Source of the DNA: Pristiophorus japonicus
Taxonomy: Eukaryota
Direction: 5' to 3'
DNA length: 64,000 nt
NCBI RefSeq assembly: GCF_044704955.1
Contig: NC_092000.1
Coordinates: forward strand, 10,540,001 to 10,604,000
The notes beneath the pieces were generated by a model. It saw only the letters and a list, made by a program, of their open reading frames with translations, searched no databases and was not told the DNA's origin. Positions within the stretch are counted from its first letter, which is position 1. Each line of letters starts with the position of its first letter. Shown piece by piece: positions 1 through 9,967 of this stretch. The translations under genes were made by a program, and so were the position numbers.

Positions 1-148
1 TCCCTGTTAGAATTTACAGTCTTCAAGTCAAGTATTTTAGACACGCGAGCTAAGGCACGCCAGGCTAGGATGGAGGTAAACGCACAAGGTAATCTGTATC
101 TTTTTATTGAAGGGTAGACGGCCAATTATCAAAGAGCGCCGCTGAAAG

Positions 149-370
149 ATGTCCACTCCCGATCCTCCGATGGGAGGCACACCTCGCCCGGGCCCCTCAC
201 CAGGACCTGGACCTTCCCCTGGATCGATGCTAGGCCCCAGTCCTGGACCCTCGCCTGGCTCTGCACACAGTATGATGGGACCAAGCCCAGGGCCTCCGTC
301 TGCAGGTCATTCCATGACTCCCCAAGGGGCTGGAGGTTACCCTGCAGAAAGCATACATCAACTTCATAAG
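149..370 (+). CDS. SMARCA4: SMARCA4/BRG1 first coding exon (exon 2), Pro/Gly-rich N-terminus
   Basis: [54 protein letters not shown] matches the BRG1 (not BRM) N-terminus; donor AAG|GTAATG at 370/371; likely acceptor AG at 111-112. Confidence 0.97.
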
Positions 371-659
371 GTAATGGAGCTTAACTTTATGTGAAAATCT
401 TTACGCTTGTGATGAAACTATAATGTGTGTTAAAAATTAATCTTACAAAAAGAGTTCTGAAGCAATGAGGCTCAACCGGCGATTTCTGCTGATGATAAAC
501 TAGCTCTAGTATTCCTATTCAGACTTTCATAGAATGATACAGCACAGAAGGCCATTCAGCCCATCATGCCGATGCCGGCTCTTTGGAAGAGCCATCCAAT
601 TAGTGCCACTCCCCCCTGCTCTTTCCCCACATCCCTGCAAATGTTTCCTTTTACCTGAG

Positions 660-1012
660 TCACTATCTCTGTAATCTACTCCAGCCCCACAACACCCCCA
701 TCCCTGAGATGTCTGCGCTCCTCTAATTCTGCCCTCCTGAGCAACCCTGATTATAATCGCTCAACCATCGGTGGCCGTGCCTTCAGCTGCCTGGGCCCCA
801 AGCTCTGGAACTCCCTGCCTAAACCTCTCCGCCTCTCTCCCTCCCTTTCCTCCTTTAAGACGCTGCTTAAAACCTCCCTCTTGTTATTTTGGTCATCTGC
901 CCTAATATCTCCTGAAGTGGCTCGGTGTCAAAATCTGTTTGATTATACTCCTGTGAAGCGCCTTGGGATGTTTTCCTGCGTTAAAGGCGCTATATAAATC
1001 CAAGTTGTTGCC
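660..1012 (+). mobile_element. L2-like LINE 3' fragment
   Basis: ggtggccgtgccttcagctgcctgggccccaagctctggaactccct and tail ggcgctatataaatccaagttgttg; related copies at ~3700-4372, ~16125-16650 and ~26420-26720(-). Confidence 0.65.
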
Positions 1013-1029
1013 ATTGAGCCCCTGAACCC

Positions 1030-1520
1030 CCTCTTTTATCGACACGGTTAATGGCAATTGCTCTTCACAGCTTTCTTTCCACATCCTCCTACACTCCAAA
1101 TACACATCCTGGATTCTTCTCCCTGAATCCTGCCGGTGTTGAAATCGAGACCGGTCACACCCTCTCCAGGAGCCCAAGCTCCAGAATGCCTCGCCTCCCT
1201 CAGTCCCCCTTTCACAGCCCACAGGCTTTTAAAAGCCAAGCCTGACTGTACCTAACCAGTCTGACTACACTTAACCACACCACCCTTTGCGTAACCTCCG
1301 TTACTCTCCTACTCTTCCGAACGCGCTGATACCCTGCACTATACTCATCTGCCTTATGCGTTGGATACCTTGCATTGAAGTATATACAATTAAGCACTGC
1401 CAAAACCCCTTTGTTGTCTCTTTTCTAACCTTTATTTCCTCAGCCTTCCAAATTCACTTACTAATTTACTACCTTCCATTTCCAGCTTGCATTCACTCCC
1501 TACTGCATCGACTTGGATAC
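1030..1520 (-). mobile_element. Degenerate CR1 fragment covering the ORF2 N-terminus
   Basis: Minus-strand LNCIYFNAR...KADE resembles the start of the CR1 APE endonuclease; boundaries approximate. Confidence 0.45.
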
Positions 1521-1924
1521 ACCCTTGAAGTCCCGTAACCTACAGGGCTACGGACCAAAAGCTGGAAAGTGGGATTAGGCTGGATAGCTCTTTTTTGGCC
1601 GGCACAGATACGACGGGCCGAATGGCCTTCTGCGCCATAAATTTTTATGATTCTATACTCCTGATCTGTTTCTAATGTTTCTCAGTGCGAGAACATTCTG
1701 TAGAGTGGCTCTGGTAGCACAATGGCTGCCTTCTAACATGACAGTCGCGAACCTGAATACCAAAGCAGCCAGTTGCCCACACTTGCCTTCCGTGGATTTA
1801 AAGTGACTTATTACTCTTTTTGCACCCAATCCCCCTTTCTAGCCATATCTTATGTACCATTTTCTTATGCTGTATACCCTCTCACACATCACTTGGCCCT
1901 GTATAATAAATACTGTGCTATACC

Positions 1925-2620
1925 GTGCCCCTCTGTGTAATATCCCTATGTGCCACAACCCTGTGAGTCACACCCTTGTATACAAATGTTCTCTCTATAT
2001 AACACCCTGATATACCACACTCCTCTGTATAAAACCATGATATAGCATACCCCTCTGTATAACACTCTGAAATAGCACATAAGAACATAAGAATTAGGAA
2101 CAGTAGTAGGCCATCCAGCCCCTCGAGCCTGCTCCGCCATTCAACAAGATCATGGCTGATCTGGCCGTGGACTCAGCTCCACTTACCCGCCCGCTCCCCA
2201 TAACCCTTAATTCCCTTATTGGTTAAAAATCTATCTATCTGTGACTTGAATACATTCAATGAGCTAGCCTCAACTGCTTCCTTGGGCAGAGAATTCCACA
2301 GATTCACAACCCTCTGGGAGAAAAAATTCCTTCTCAACTCGGTTTTAAATTGGCTCCCCCGTATTTTGAGGCTGTGCCCCCTAGTTCTAGTCTCCCCGAC
2401 CAGTGAAAACAACCTCTCTGCCTCTATTTTAACACCCTGATATACCACACCCCTCTGTGCAATACCCTGATATATCACACCCCTCCATGTACACCCTGAT
2501 ATACCACACTCCTCCGTATAACACTCTGATATAGCACACCCTCTGTGTAACACTCTGATATACCACATTCCTCTGTACTGCACTCTGATGTACCTTGTAT
2601 CTCTGTATAACATTCTCTGT
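1925..2620. repeat. ~30-bp minisatellite (ACACCCTGATATACCACACYCCTCTGTATA) split by a CR1 insertion
   Basis: Units seen at ~1990-2077 and 2429-2610. Confidence 0.8.
2078..2428 (-). mobile_element. CR1 LINE 3' end
   Basis: RTRGHSLKIRGSQFKTELRRNFFSQRVVNLWNSLP ORF2 C-terminus; (CATAAGAA)n tail. Confidence 0.9.
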
Positions 2621-3246
2621 TCCCATACCTCCCTAGTTATACCACTCCCTCTTCATTCTGCGTGACTCCTAATGTCTGTTGCAGGGACAGTTCCTGCCTT
2701 TCTTTGTCGATTAATGAGGTTAAACAGTTAAGTTCTGGCTGCGATCTGCTCCTCACCACTCTACAACTCGGTGTCACTGGTGTCTGAGAGGCTGACTTTG
2801 ACATTTCTGCTTTGAACATTCTTCGAATCCACATGCAGCAGGCAGGATTCATTGTGTTAAATCAGTGGCTGCAGGCCTGCTGAGGGGCTGGTTCCTTAGG
2901 AATCCTGTCAGTCACACCTTCTCTCCTGATTCCAGCAGCTCCCCTCGGGATACCCCTCACGTGCAGGCACTTTGCTGGTCGTGCCGGCCCTTTGTCGAGA
3001 CCTTCAAGGCACCCGCTATACAGCTCAGTGCTCGGGCTGCTGGGCTAACCACGGCTAAAGCCTCCTCCACCCCCACCCTTCCTCTCTCTCTGTTCCATTA
3101 CATCTGTTTCCCCGAGAGCCCTGCTCCACAGAGAGGCAGAAGACTGTGACATTAATGGATTGCACAATCTCCGGTGCGAGCTGTGTAATTGCAGCTCTGT
3201 GCCAGCTGAATGGGAACACTGCCTCCAACATCTTTTCTTCTTGCAG

Positions 3247-3379
3247 GCTATGGAATCGATGCATGAGAAGGTGATGCCCGATGACCCGCGCTATAGTCAG
3301 ATGAAGTCTATTGGCATGAGGTCAGGTGGGCACAGTGGCATGGGACCTCCGCCCAGCCCCATGGACCAGCATTCTCAAG
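3247..3379 (+). CDS. SMARCA4: SMARCA4 exon 3
   Basis: ttgcag|GCT; [44 protein letters not shown]; AAG|gtacaa; 133 nt, in phase. Confidence 0.95.
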
Positions 3380-3699
3380 GTACAAGGCTTTGCTTTTTAT
3401 TTTGTCTTTAATTGAAAAAAAACATGATTGTAAATACTTTTTTTTTTTGACCCCTCTGGTCTTTTGGTTTTTTCTTTCCTGCGCACTTAGCCATTTCAAA
3501 AAACAAAATGGCTGACCAGCTCCTGGCCTCTATCAGTAGCACTCCGTCACCGCTGCTCAGAACCATGGGATTACAGTCTAGGGGGACTCGCTCTCCATCT
3601 GATTTACTTTCCCTCCTTTCCTGTGGAGGAAACTGCCGCCCCTGTCCCTTCACCCATCACCTCGCCAGCTGCTCACTGACCTACATTGACTCACGGTCC

Positions 3700-4372
3700 G
3701 GCAACGCCTCGATTTCAAAATTTTCACTCTTGTCCTCGCCTCCCCCCGCCCCCCCCACCCCCGGCCCCACACTATCTCTATAATCTCCTCCAGCCCCACA
3801 GCCCTCTGAGAACTCTGCGCTCCTCCAATCCTCCTGTGCATCGCTGATTTTCATCGCTTCACTATTGGTGGTCGTACTTTCAGCTGCCTAGGACCTAAGC
3901 TCTGGAATTCCCTCCCTAAACCTCTCCGCCTCTCTATCACTCTCTCCTCCTTTAAGACGCTCCTTAAAACCTAACTCTTTGACCAAGCTTTTGGTCATCT
4001 ACCCTAATATTTTTGCTTCTCCCAGGAGATCACATGGCTCCGGTTGGGGTGGAGTGTAGAATGTTTCAGTGTAAGGGGTGACGCAGTTGTGTGAGTTGGA
4101 CTAGTTGGGCTGGGTGCTCTTTGCTTTTCCGCCATTATTCATTGTTCATAGGTTTGTATGAAACCTTCAGGGCTGCTGACCGAGGGCCGTGCGGCTCTTT
4201 GTCAGCTGGCGTGGACACGATGGACCGAAATGGCCTCCTTCTGCCCTGTAAATTTCTATATTTCTATATCTGGTTAAGAGCTCAGTGTCAAATTTTGTCG
4301 GATAACGCTCCTGTGAGGTGTCTTGGGACATTTTACTATGTTAAAGGCGCTATATAAATGCAAATTGTTGTT
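3700..4372 (+). mobile_element. L2-like LINE 3' fragment interrupted by a CR1-type 3' tail (~4015-4268)
   Basis: Same sequence as 660-1012; the insert ends in ccgaaatggcctccttctgccctgtaaatttctatatttctat. Confidence 0.65.
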
Positions 4373-4421
4373 TAGTGAGCAGGAAAAAAAAGTTAATCTT
4401 GCAACAACTCTTCAATTATAG

Positions 4422-4796
4422 GTTACCCTTCTCCTCTGGGAGGTCCTGAGCACGCCCCAAGTCCAGTACCTGCTAACGGCCCTCCTTCAGGACCCCCAAT
4501 GCCTTCTGGACCGGGAGGGGTTCCTATGGATGGTGGAGACCCCCAGACCCTGGGGCAGCAAAACCGCGGACCCTCCCCTTTCAACCAGGGGCAGCTGCAT
4601 CAGCTGCGAGCGCAAATCATGGCGTACAAGATGCTGGCAAGAGGCCAGCCCATTCCGGATCACCTGCAGCTGGCTGTACAAGGGAAGAGACCGCCACCTG
4701 GAATGCAGCAGCAGATGTCGTCACTACCTCCGCCCTCTAACCCTGGCACTGGAGCAGCTTCGGGCCCAGCACCCGGCAACTACAACAGGCCGCTCG
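4422..4796 (+). CDS. SMARCA4: SMARCA4 exon 4 (QLQ domain)
   Basis: tatag|GTTAC; [14 protein letters not shown]...[38 protein letters not shown]...NYNRPL; G|gtaccc; 375 nt, phase 1-1. Confidence 0.93.
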
Positions 4797-4953
4797 GTAC
4801 CCACCTCTTCAATTACCTGACGGGTCGCGCTTTTAACTTGCATTGATTGTTAGCGGTGGCGAACAAACCAAACTTTAGTATAAAGCAGACACACTCATAA
4901 GCAGGCCATAGCTGATCTTCGACATCAACTCCACCTTCCCGCCCGATCCCCAT

Positions 4954-5195
4954 TGTAATGTATTTGCTTCATGGGTTCTGTGCTAAAGCACTCATAGCAA
5001 CACATTGCTATTAAGAACTAGTTGGTTTATTAACAAAGGTTTAATAATCACACTACACATTACCAGTCCATCCACCAGGCTCACAGCCACCTGCCTCATC
5101 ATGGATTCGCCTAAATCCAACTGACTGGTTTTTTTTTTGAGTCTTGTGAACATCACGTGACTGGCTAAGCCACTCACAATTCAACAGCTCTACAA
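4954..5195 (-). mobile_element. LTR-like element copy A (host of Tx1 tandem array; other end missing)
   Basis: Begins TGTAATGT; reverse complement aligns with 33558-34249 outside its insert, and directly with 41081-41309. Confidence 0.75.
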
Positions 5196-5866
5196 CTATT
5201 TTTGTTGTATCTGTAAATCAAATGCCCCCTTCTTAAAGGGGCACTAAAACTGACAGTTTCAACAAATTAAACTTTAAACGATCAAATTTAAATTTGGTTG
5301 CTGGGGTTGATGACGCACTCCAGTCCCTCCGGCGCCCACCTCTCGCGGAAGGCCGCGAGCGTACCGGTGGACACCGCGTGCTCCATCTCCAGGGACACCC
5401 TGGCTCAGATGTAACCGCGGAAGAGAGGCAGGCAGGCAGTCAGGCTGAACGACCCCCTCGACCGCCCGCTGCCTGGACTGGCTGATGGCCCCCTTGGCCA
5501 TGCCCAGGACCAGTCCTACGAGGAAGCCTTCCGACCCTTCCACTCCCCTCCACACAGGGTGCCCAAAGATCAGGTGTGTGGGACTGAAGTGCAACCAGAA
5601 TTTGAGGAGCAGCCCCTTCAACTAATGGAACCGGGGCTGCAACCTTGCACATTCAACATAAATATGGAACACATACTCCTCCAGACCGCAGAAATTGCAG
5701 ACGGCCTGGGAGCCTGCAAAACTGACTTAAAAAACGATTGCACGGGACTGCCCCATGTAACACCCTCCAGGCCAAGTCCCCAATAAATAGAGGGAGGACT
5801 CCCACGTAGAGCGCACTCCATTGGAGACCCCGTCCCCTCTAGACGGCAGGATGGTGCAGCATGGCG
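5196..5866 (-). mobile_element. Tx1-clade non-LTR retrotransposon, 5'-truncated (unit 1)
   Basis: ORF2 C-terminus KGLLLKFWLHFSPTHLIFGHPV...AVQ.DCLP; bounded by CAACAGCTCTACAA at 5182 and 5869. Confidence 0.85.
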
Positions 5867-5882
5867 TTCAACAGCTCTACAA

Positions 5883-6959
5883 CTATTTTGTTGTATACTT
5901 TAATCAAGTGCACAATGATTAAAGGTGGGGGGTCAAACCAAAACCTTTTCAAGTGCCCCTTTTTTTTGAGGGCACCAAAACTCTAATTTTACAAGTGCCC
6001 CCTGGCTAAAGGGGGGGGGGGGGCACTAAAAACCGACAAGCTTAAACAAATTAACCTTTAGACAAGTGGTTCAAATTTGGTTGCCGGGGGTGATGATGCA
6101 CTCCAGCCCCTCCAGCGCCCACCTCTCGCGGAAGGCCGCGAGCGTACCAGTGGACACCATGTGCTCCATCTCCAGGGACCCTGACTCGGATGTAACTGCG
6201 GAAGAGAGGCAGGCAGTCAGGCTAAATGACCCCTTCATCTGCCCGCTGTCTGGACCGGCTGATGGCCCCCTTGGCCATGCCCAGGAGCAGTCCTACGAGG
6301 AGGTCTTCACGACCTGCCCGCTCCCCTCCGCACAGGGTGCCCAAAGATCAGGAGTGCGGGACTGAAGGGCAACCAGAATTTGAGGAGCAGCCCCTTTAGA
6401 TATTGGAAGAGGGGCTGCAACATCGCACATTCAGTAAAAACATGGAACACAGACTCTTCCAGACCGCAGAAATTGCAGGCGGCCTGGGAGCCAGTGAACC
6501 GACTTAAAAACTTATTGCACGGAACTGCTCCATGCAACACCCTCCAGGCCAAGTCCCCAATAAATAGAGGAAGGACTCTCGTGTAGAGTGCACTCCATTG
6601 GGGACCTCCGCCTCCTCCGGACAGCAAGATAGTGTTCCATGGTGTGTTTGGATGGCTGACGAGGATGGCAACGTGGAGAGTGTGCATGAGCAGCCCGTAC
6701 AGGGAATACCCTCCGTGCAGAACTGAAAGGCACAGAGGGGATTTCCCGGAGGAGGCTCAAGTTGTGAGGCGCCGGCTCCCGAGGGAGGTTTCGGGGTTTG
6801 ACGCCGATGATGAATTCTGTCCGGACGGGGGTCAGTTCGGACGGGATCTCCCCACGTGCTTGGGCCTCCTCGACACACCTAACGGAGTCAGGGCCCAGTG
6901 CTATTTTTAGCGACTTGATGGCATTGGCCGGACGTCGGCCCAGAATAGGCGCCGTGCCA
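5883..6959 (-). mobile_element. Tx1-clade non-LTR retrotransposon, 5'-truncated (unit 2)
   Basis: GDLAWRVLHGAVPCNKFLSRF...CNFCGLEESVFHVFTEC: C-terminal CCHC zinc knuckle typical of Tx1/L1-group ORF2; bounded by repeats at 5869 and 6961. Confidence 0.88.
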
Positions 6960-6974
6960 TCAACAGCTCTACAA

Positions 6975-7262
6975 CTCTTTTGGTTGGAAAACAAAATTAA
7001 ACAGTTAAATCAAGTGCCCCCTGATCTGGGGGACACCCCAAACACTTATCAAGGCCCTTTTTGTATTTTTTTTGTTTTTTTTAATGGTTTTTTTTTTGTG
7101 GGTTTTTTTGCGCACTAAAGCCATAAATTTACAAGTGCCCCCTATAAAAGGGGAGGGGGACACTAAAACCGGCAATAAAACAAATTCAACTTTAAAACAT
7201 ATAAAATCAAATTAAAATTTGGTTGCCGGGGGTGATGATGCACTCCAGTCCCTCCGGCGCCC
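6975..7262 (-). mobile_element. Tx1-clade element, short 3' fragment (unit 3)
   Basis: 3'UTR plus last ORF2 codons (ggttgccgggggtgatgatgcactccagtccctccggcgcc); repeats at 6961 and 7264. Confidence 0.82.
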
Positions 7263-7277
7263 TCAACAGCTCTGCAA

Positions 7278-7497
7278 CTCTTTTGGAGTAAAACATAATT
7301 AACATTAAATCAAGTGCCCCCCCTACTCTGGGGGACAGTCCAGCCACTTTTCAACTGCCATTTTTTGGGGGGTTTTTGTGTTTATTTTGATTTTTTTTTG
7401 TGATTTTTTTTTTTGGGCATTAAAACCATAAATCATAAATTTTACAAGTGCCCCCTATAAAATGGGAGGGGGACACTAAAAATCCGGCAATTAAACA
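7278..7497 (-). mobile_element. Tx1-clade element, 3'UTR only (unit 4, far end deleted)
   Basis: 3'UTR similar to unit 3 (caagtgccccc...ggacactaaaa...ccggcaattaaac). Confidence 0.75.
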
Positions 7498-7699
7498 GTG
7501 TGTGTGTTCATGTGACAGTCTGCTCATTGGGGACGGAACTGAGGTTAACATTAAAACTGGTGCTGGTTGTGTATGAACACATACATTTGGGAACATTTCT
7601 CGTAGCCCCTTTTAATGACTAAATTGTCCCCCTCCTCCCTCATGCTCACTTTTCATCCTCCTGCCTTGCAATCTGTATAGAATGTGGCACCGTGGAATG

Positions 7700-8700
7700 A
7701 GGCACAGGGTACTGGGGCACCAGTATACCAGGGCACGGTACTGGGGCACCAGTATACCAGGGCACAGTACTGGGGTACCAGTATACCAGGGCACAGTACT
7801 GGGGTACCAGTATACCAGGGCATGGTACTGGGGTACCAGTATACCAGGGCACGGTACTGGGGTACCAGTATACCAGGGCACAGTACTGGGGTACCAGTAT
7901 ACCAGGGCACGGTACTGGGGTACCAGTATACCAGGGCACGGTACTGGGGTACCAGTATACCAGGGCACAGTACTGGGGTACCAGTATACTAGGGCACGGT
8001 ACTGGGGTACCAGTATACTAGGGCATGGTACTGGGGCACCAGTATACCAGGGCATGGTACTGGGGTACCAGTATACTAGGGCACGGTACTGGGGCACCAG
8101 TATACTAGGGCACCAGTATACTTGGGCACGGTATTGGGGTACCGTGAATTGGAGCAGTGGGTATTGGGGGTACCAGTATACCAGGGCATGGTACTGGGGT
8201 ACCAGTATACCAGGGCACGGTACTGGGGTACCAGTATACTAGGGCACGGTACTGGGGCACCAGTATACTTGGGCACGGTATTGGGGTACCGTGAATTGGA
8301 GCGGTGGGTATTGGGGTACCAGTATACTAGGGCACAGTACTGGGGTACCAGTATACTAGGGCACGGTACTGAGGCACCGTGAATTGGAGCAGTGGCTATT
8401 GGGGTAAAGGGGGGTACCAGTATACTAGGGCACGGTACTGGGGCACTGTGAATTGGAGCAGTGGTTATTGGGGTAAAGGGGTGTACAAGTATACTAGGGC
8501 ACGGTACCGGGGTACCGTGAATTGGAGCAGTGGGTATTGGGGTACCAGTATACTAGGGCACGATACCGGAGCACCGTGAATTGGAGCAGTGGGTATTGGG
8601 GTACCAGTATACTAGGATACTGTAACGGGGCACCAGCGCAATGGAGTACTGGAATACCGTGCATTGAGGAACTGGGTACCTGGGACCAGTATATTAGTGA
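7700..8700. repeat. 29-bp minisatellite GGTACTGGGGTACCAGTATACCAGGGCAC, degenerating rightwards with a GTGAATTGGAGCAGT variant unit
   Basis: Tandem units read directly. Confidence 0.95.
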
Positions 8701-9195
8701 ACAGTATATTAGGTCACTTGAGCATCAGTGTATTGGGGCACAGGATACTAGAGCATTGGGTTCTAGAGCACCCACATGTAGCGGCATTGTAGCGTTACTT
8801 CCCCCTCTACTGAGCTGCAGGTCTTGGTTGTGAAGAGGATGCTGAGAAGGTCCTATGTGACCTGTGCAGGGGTGACCGGAAGGAAGATCAGAGGGAGTAG
8901 CATCACTGAACAGCTCTCATGCCTTTGTGGCAGTATAAGAGTTTGATTTAGTGGTAACCTGGGACTGGCTGCACTCACTGACTCAGGAAGAGGTGTGGTT
9001 TGGGAGTGTCTAGTAAAGGGAGAACCGCAAGAATGTCTTGGGGTGGGAATTGGCCGTATCCAGGCCCTGCCAAAGCACTGGTCCTCACATAAGCTTCCCA
9101 TTGTTATCTTGAGTTCAACTTCTAAAACCAACCCCACCTGTGCCATTGCATCCATTTGATTTTCTCTCTTCCCCTGCCCTCATTTCCTCTCACAG

Positions 9196-9294
9196 GTATG
9201 GGAGGATCCAACATGATGCCTCCAGGATCTGCTGGAGTCAATCAGGGAATGCAGTGCCAGCCTCCTGGTGGACCATCCAAACCCTGGCCAGAAG
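9196..9294 (+). CDS. SMARCA4: SMARCA4 exon 5
   Basis: cacag|GTATG; [32 protein letters not shown]; AAG|gtaagg; 99 nt. Confidence 0.95.
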
Positions 9295-9624
9295 GTAAGG
9301 CTCTTTGGTTCTTTGGAATTGTCAAGAAACCCAATTAAAGGGCCGAGGCTTCAAGTGCGAGACGAGATCGAATGTAAAAGCGAAGACAAGATAGAACAGG
9401 AAGCAGCGATTGTGGGACCTCCTAGCTTGTGTTCTGAAAGATTTTGGGAAGAATGGAAGGCTGAGGGCTTTAAGGAGTTCTGCAATTTCCCAGGTCCTGC
9501 AAAGGAATGAGTTAGAGATGGTGCGATGAGTTTGATTTCAACATAGTGAGGAGGAAGAAGAAAGTGTAAGATGGGGTCTTCGGTTACTTCAAAGGAGCAC
9601 TTTCAGAGGATGGAATTATGAAGA

Positions 9625-9967
9625 CAGGATGCATAAACTTGGCTTGTATACCCTTGAGTATAGAAGGTTGAGGAGTGATCTGATCGAAAATGTTAAAGGG
9701 ATTCGATAGGGTATAGAGAAACTATACAAGGGCCGCAATCACTGTCCCCTCTTATTTTTTGGGGGGGAGGGTTGTTGTGCGGCCCCTTCACAGTAGCGCA
9801 CACGTGCGAAACCATGCACCTTATAGGGAACATTGAGCACGATCTTAATATTAGAACTAGGCCCTTCAGGAGTGAAATCAGGAAGCACTTTTTCCACACA
9901 GAGGGTGGTAGAATTCTGGAGCCAATCGAGGACTTCGATTGAGAGCATTAGTTTTTTGTTGGCTTAG
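9625..9967 (+). mobile_element. Older CR1 3' fragment (continues at 12196-12325)
   Basis: ggaagcactttttccacacagagggtggtagaattctgg; resumes after duplicated TTGGCTTAG with ggtatcgagggttacggaacc...gaatggcctactcctg. Confidence 0.75.
9740..9835. mobile_element. Degenerate hAT-like MITE
   Basis: Ends CACTGTCCCC / GGGAACATTG; similar to 28957-29121. Confidence 0.5.

Noticed and set aside
5181-7280. CRISPR-like array (short direct repeat with variable spacers)
   Set aside because: The spacers are 0.2-1.1 kb homologous retrotransposon 3' ends and the repeats behave as target-site duplications. The context is a eukaryotic intron with no cas genes.
7612-8833. Repetitive ORFs (WYTGTPVPC, GYQYTRARYW)
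   Set aside because: Minisatellite translation artefacts on both strands.
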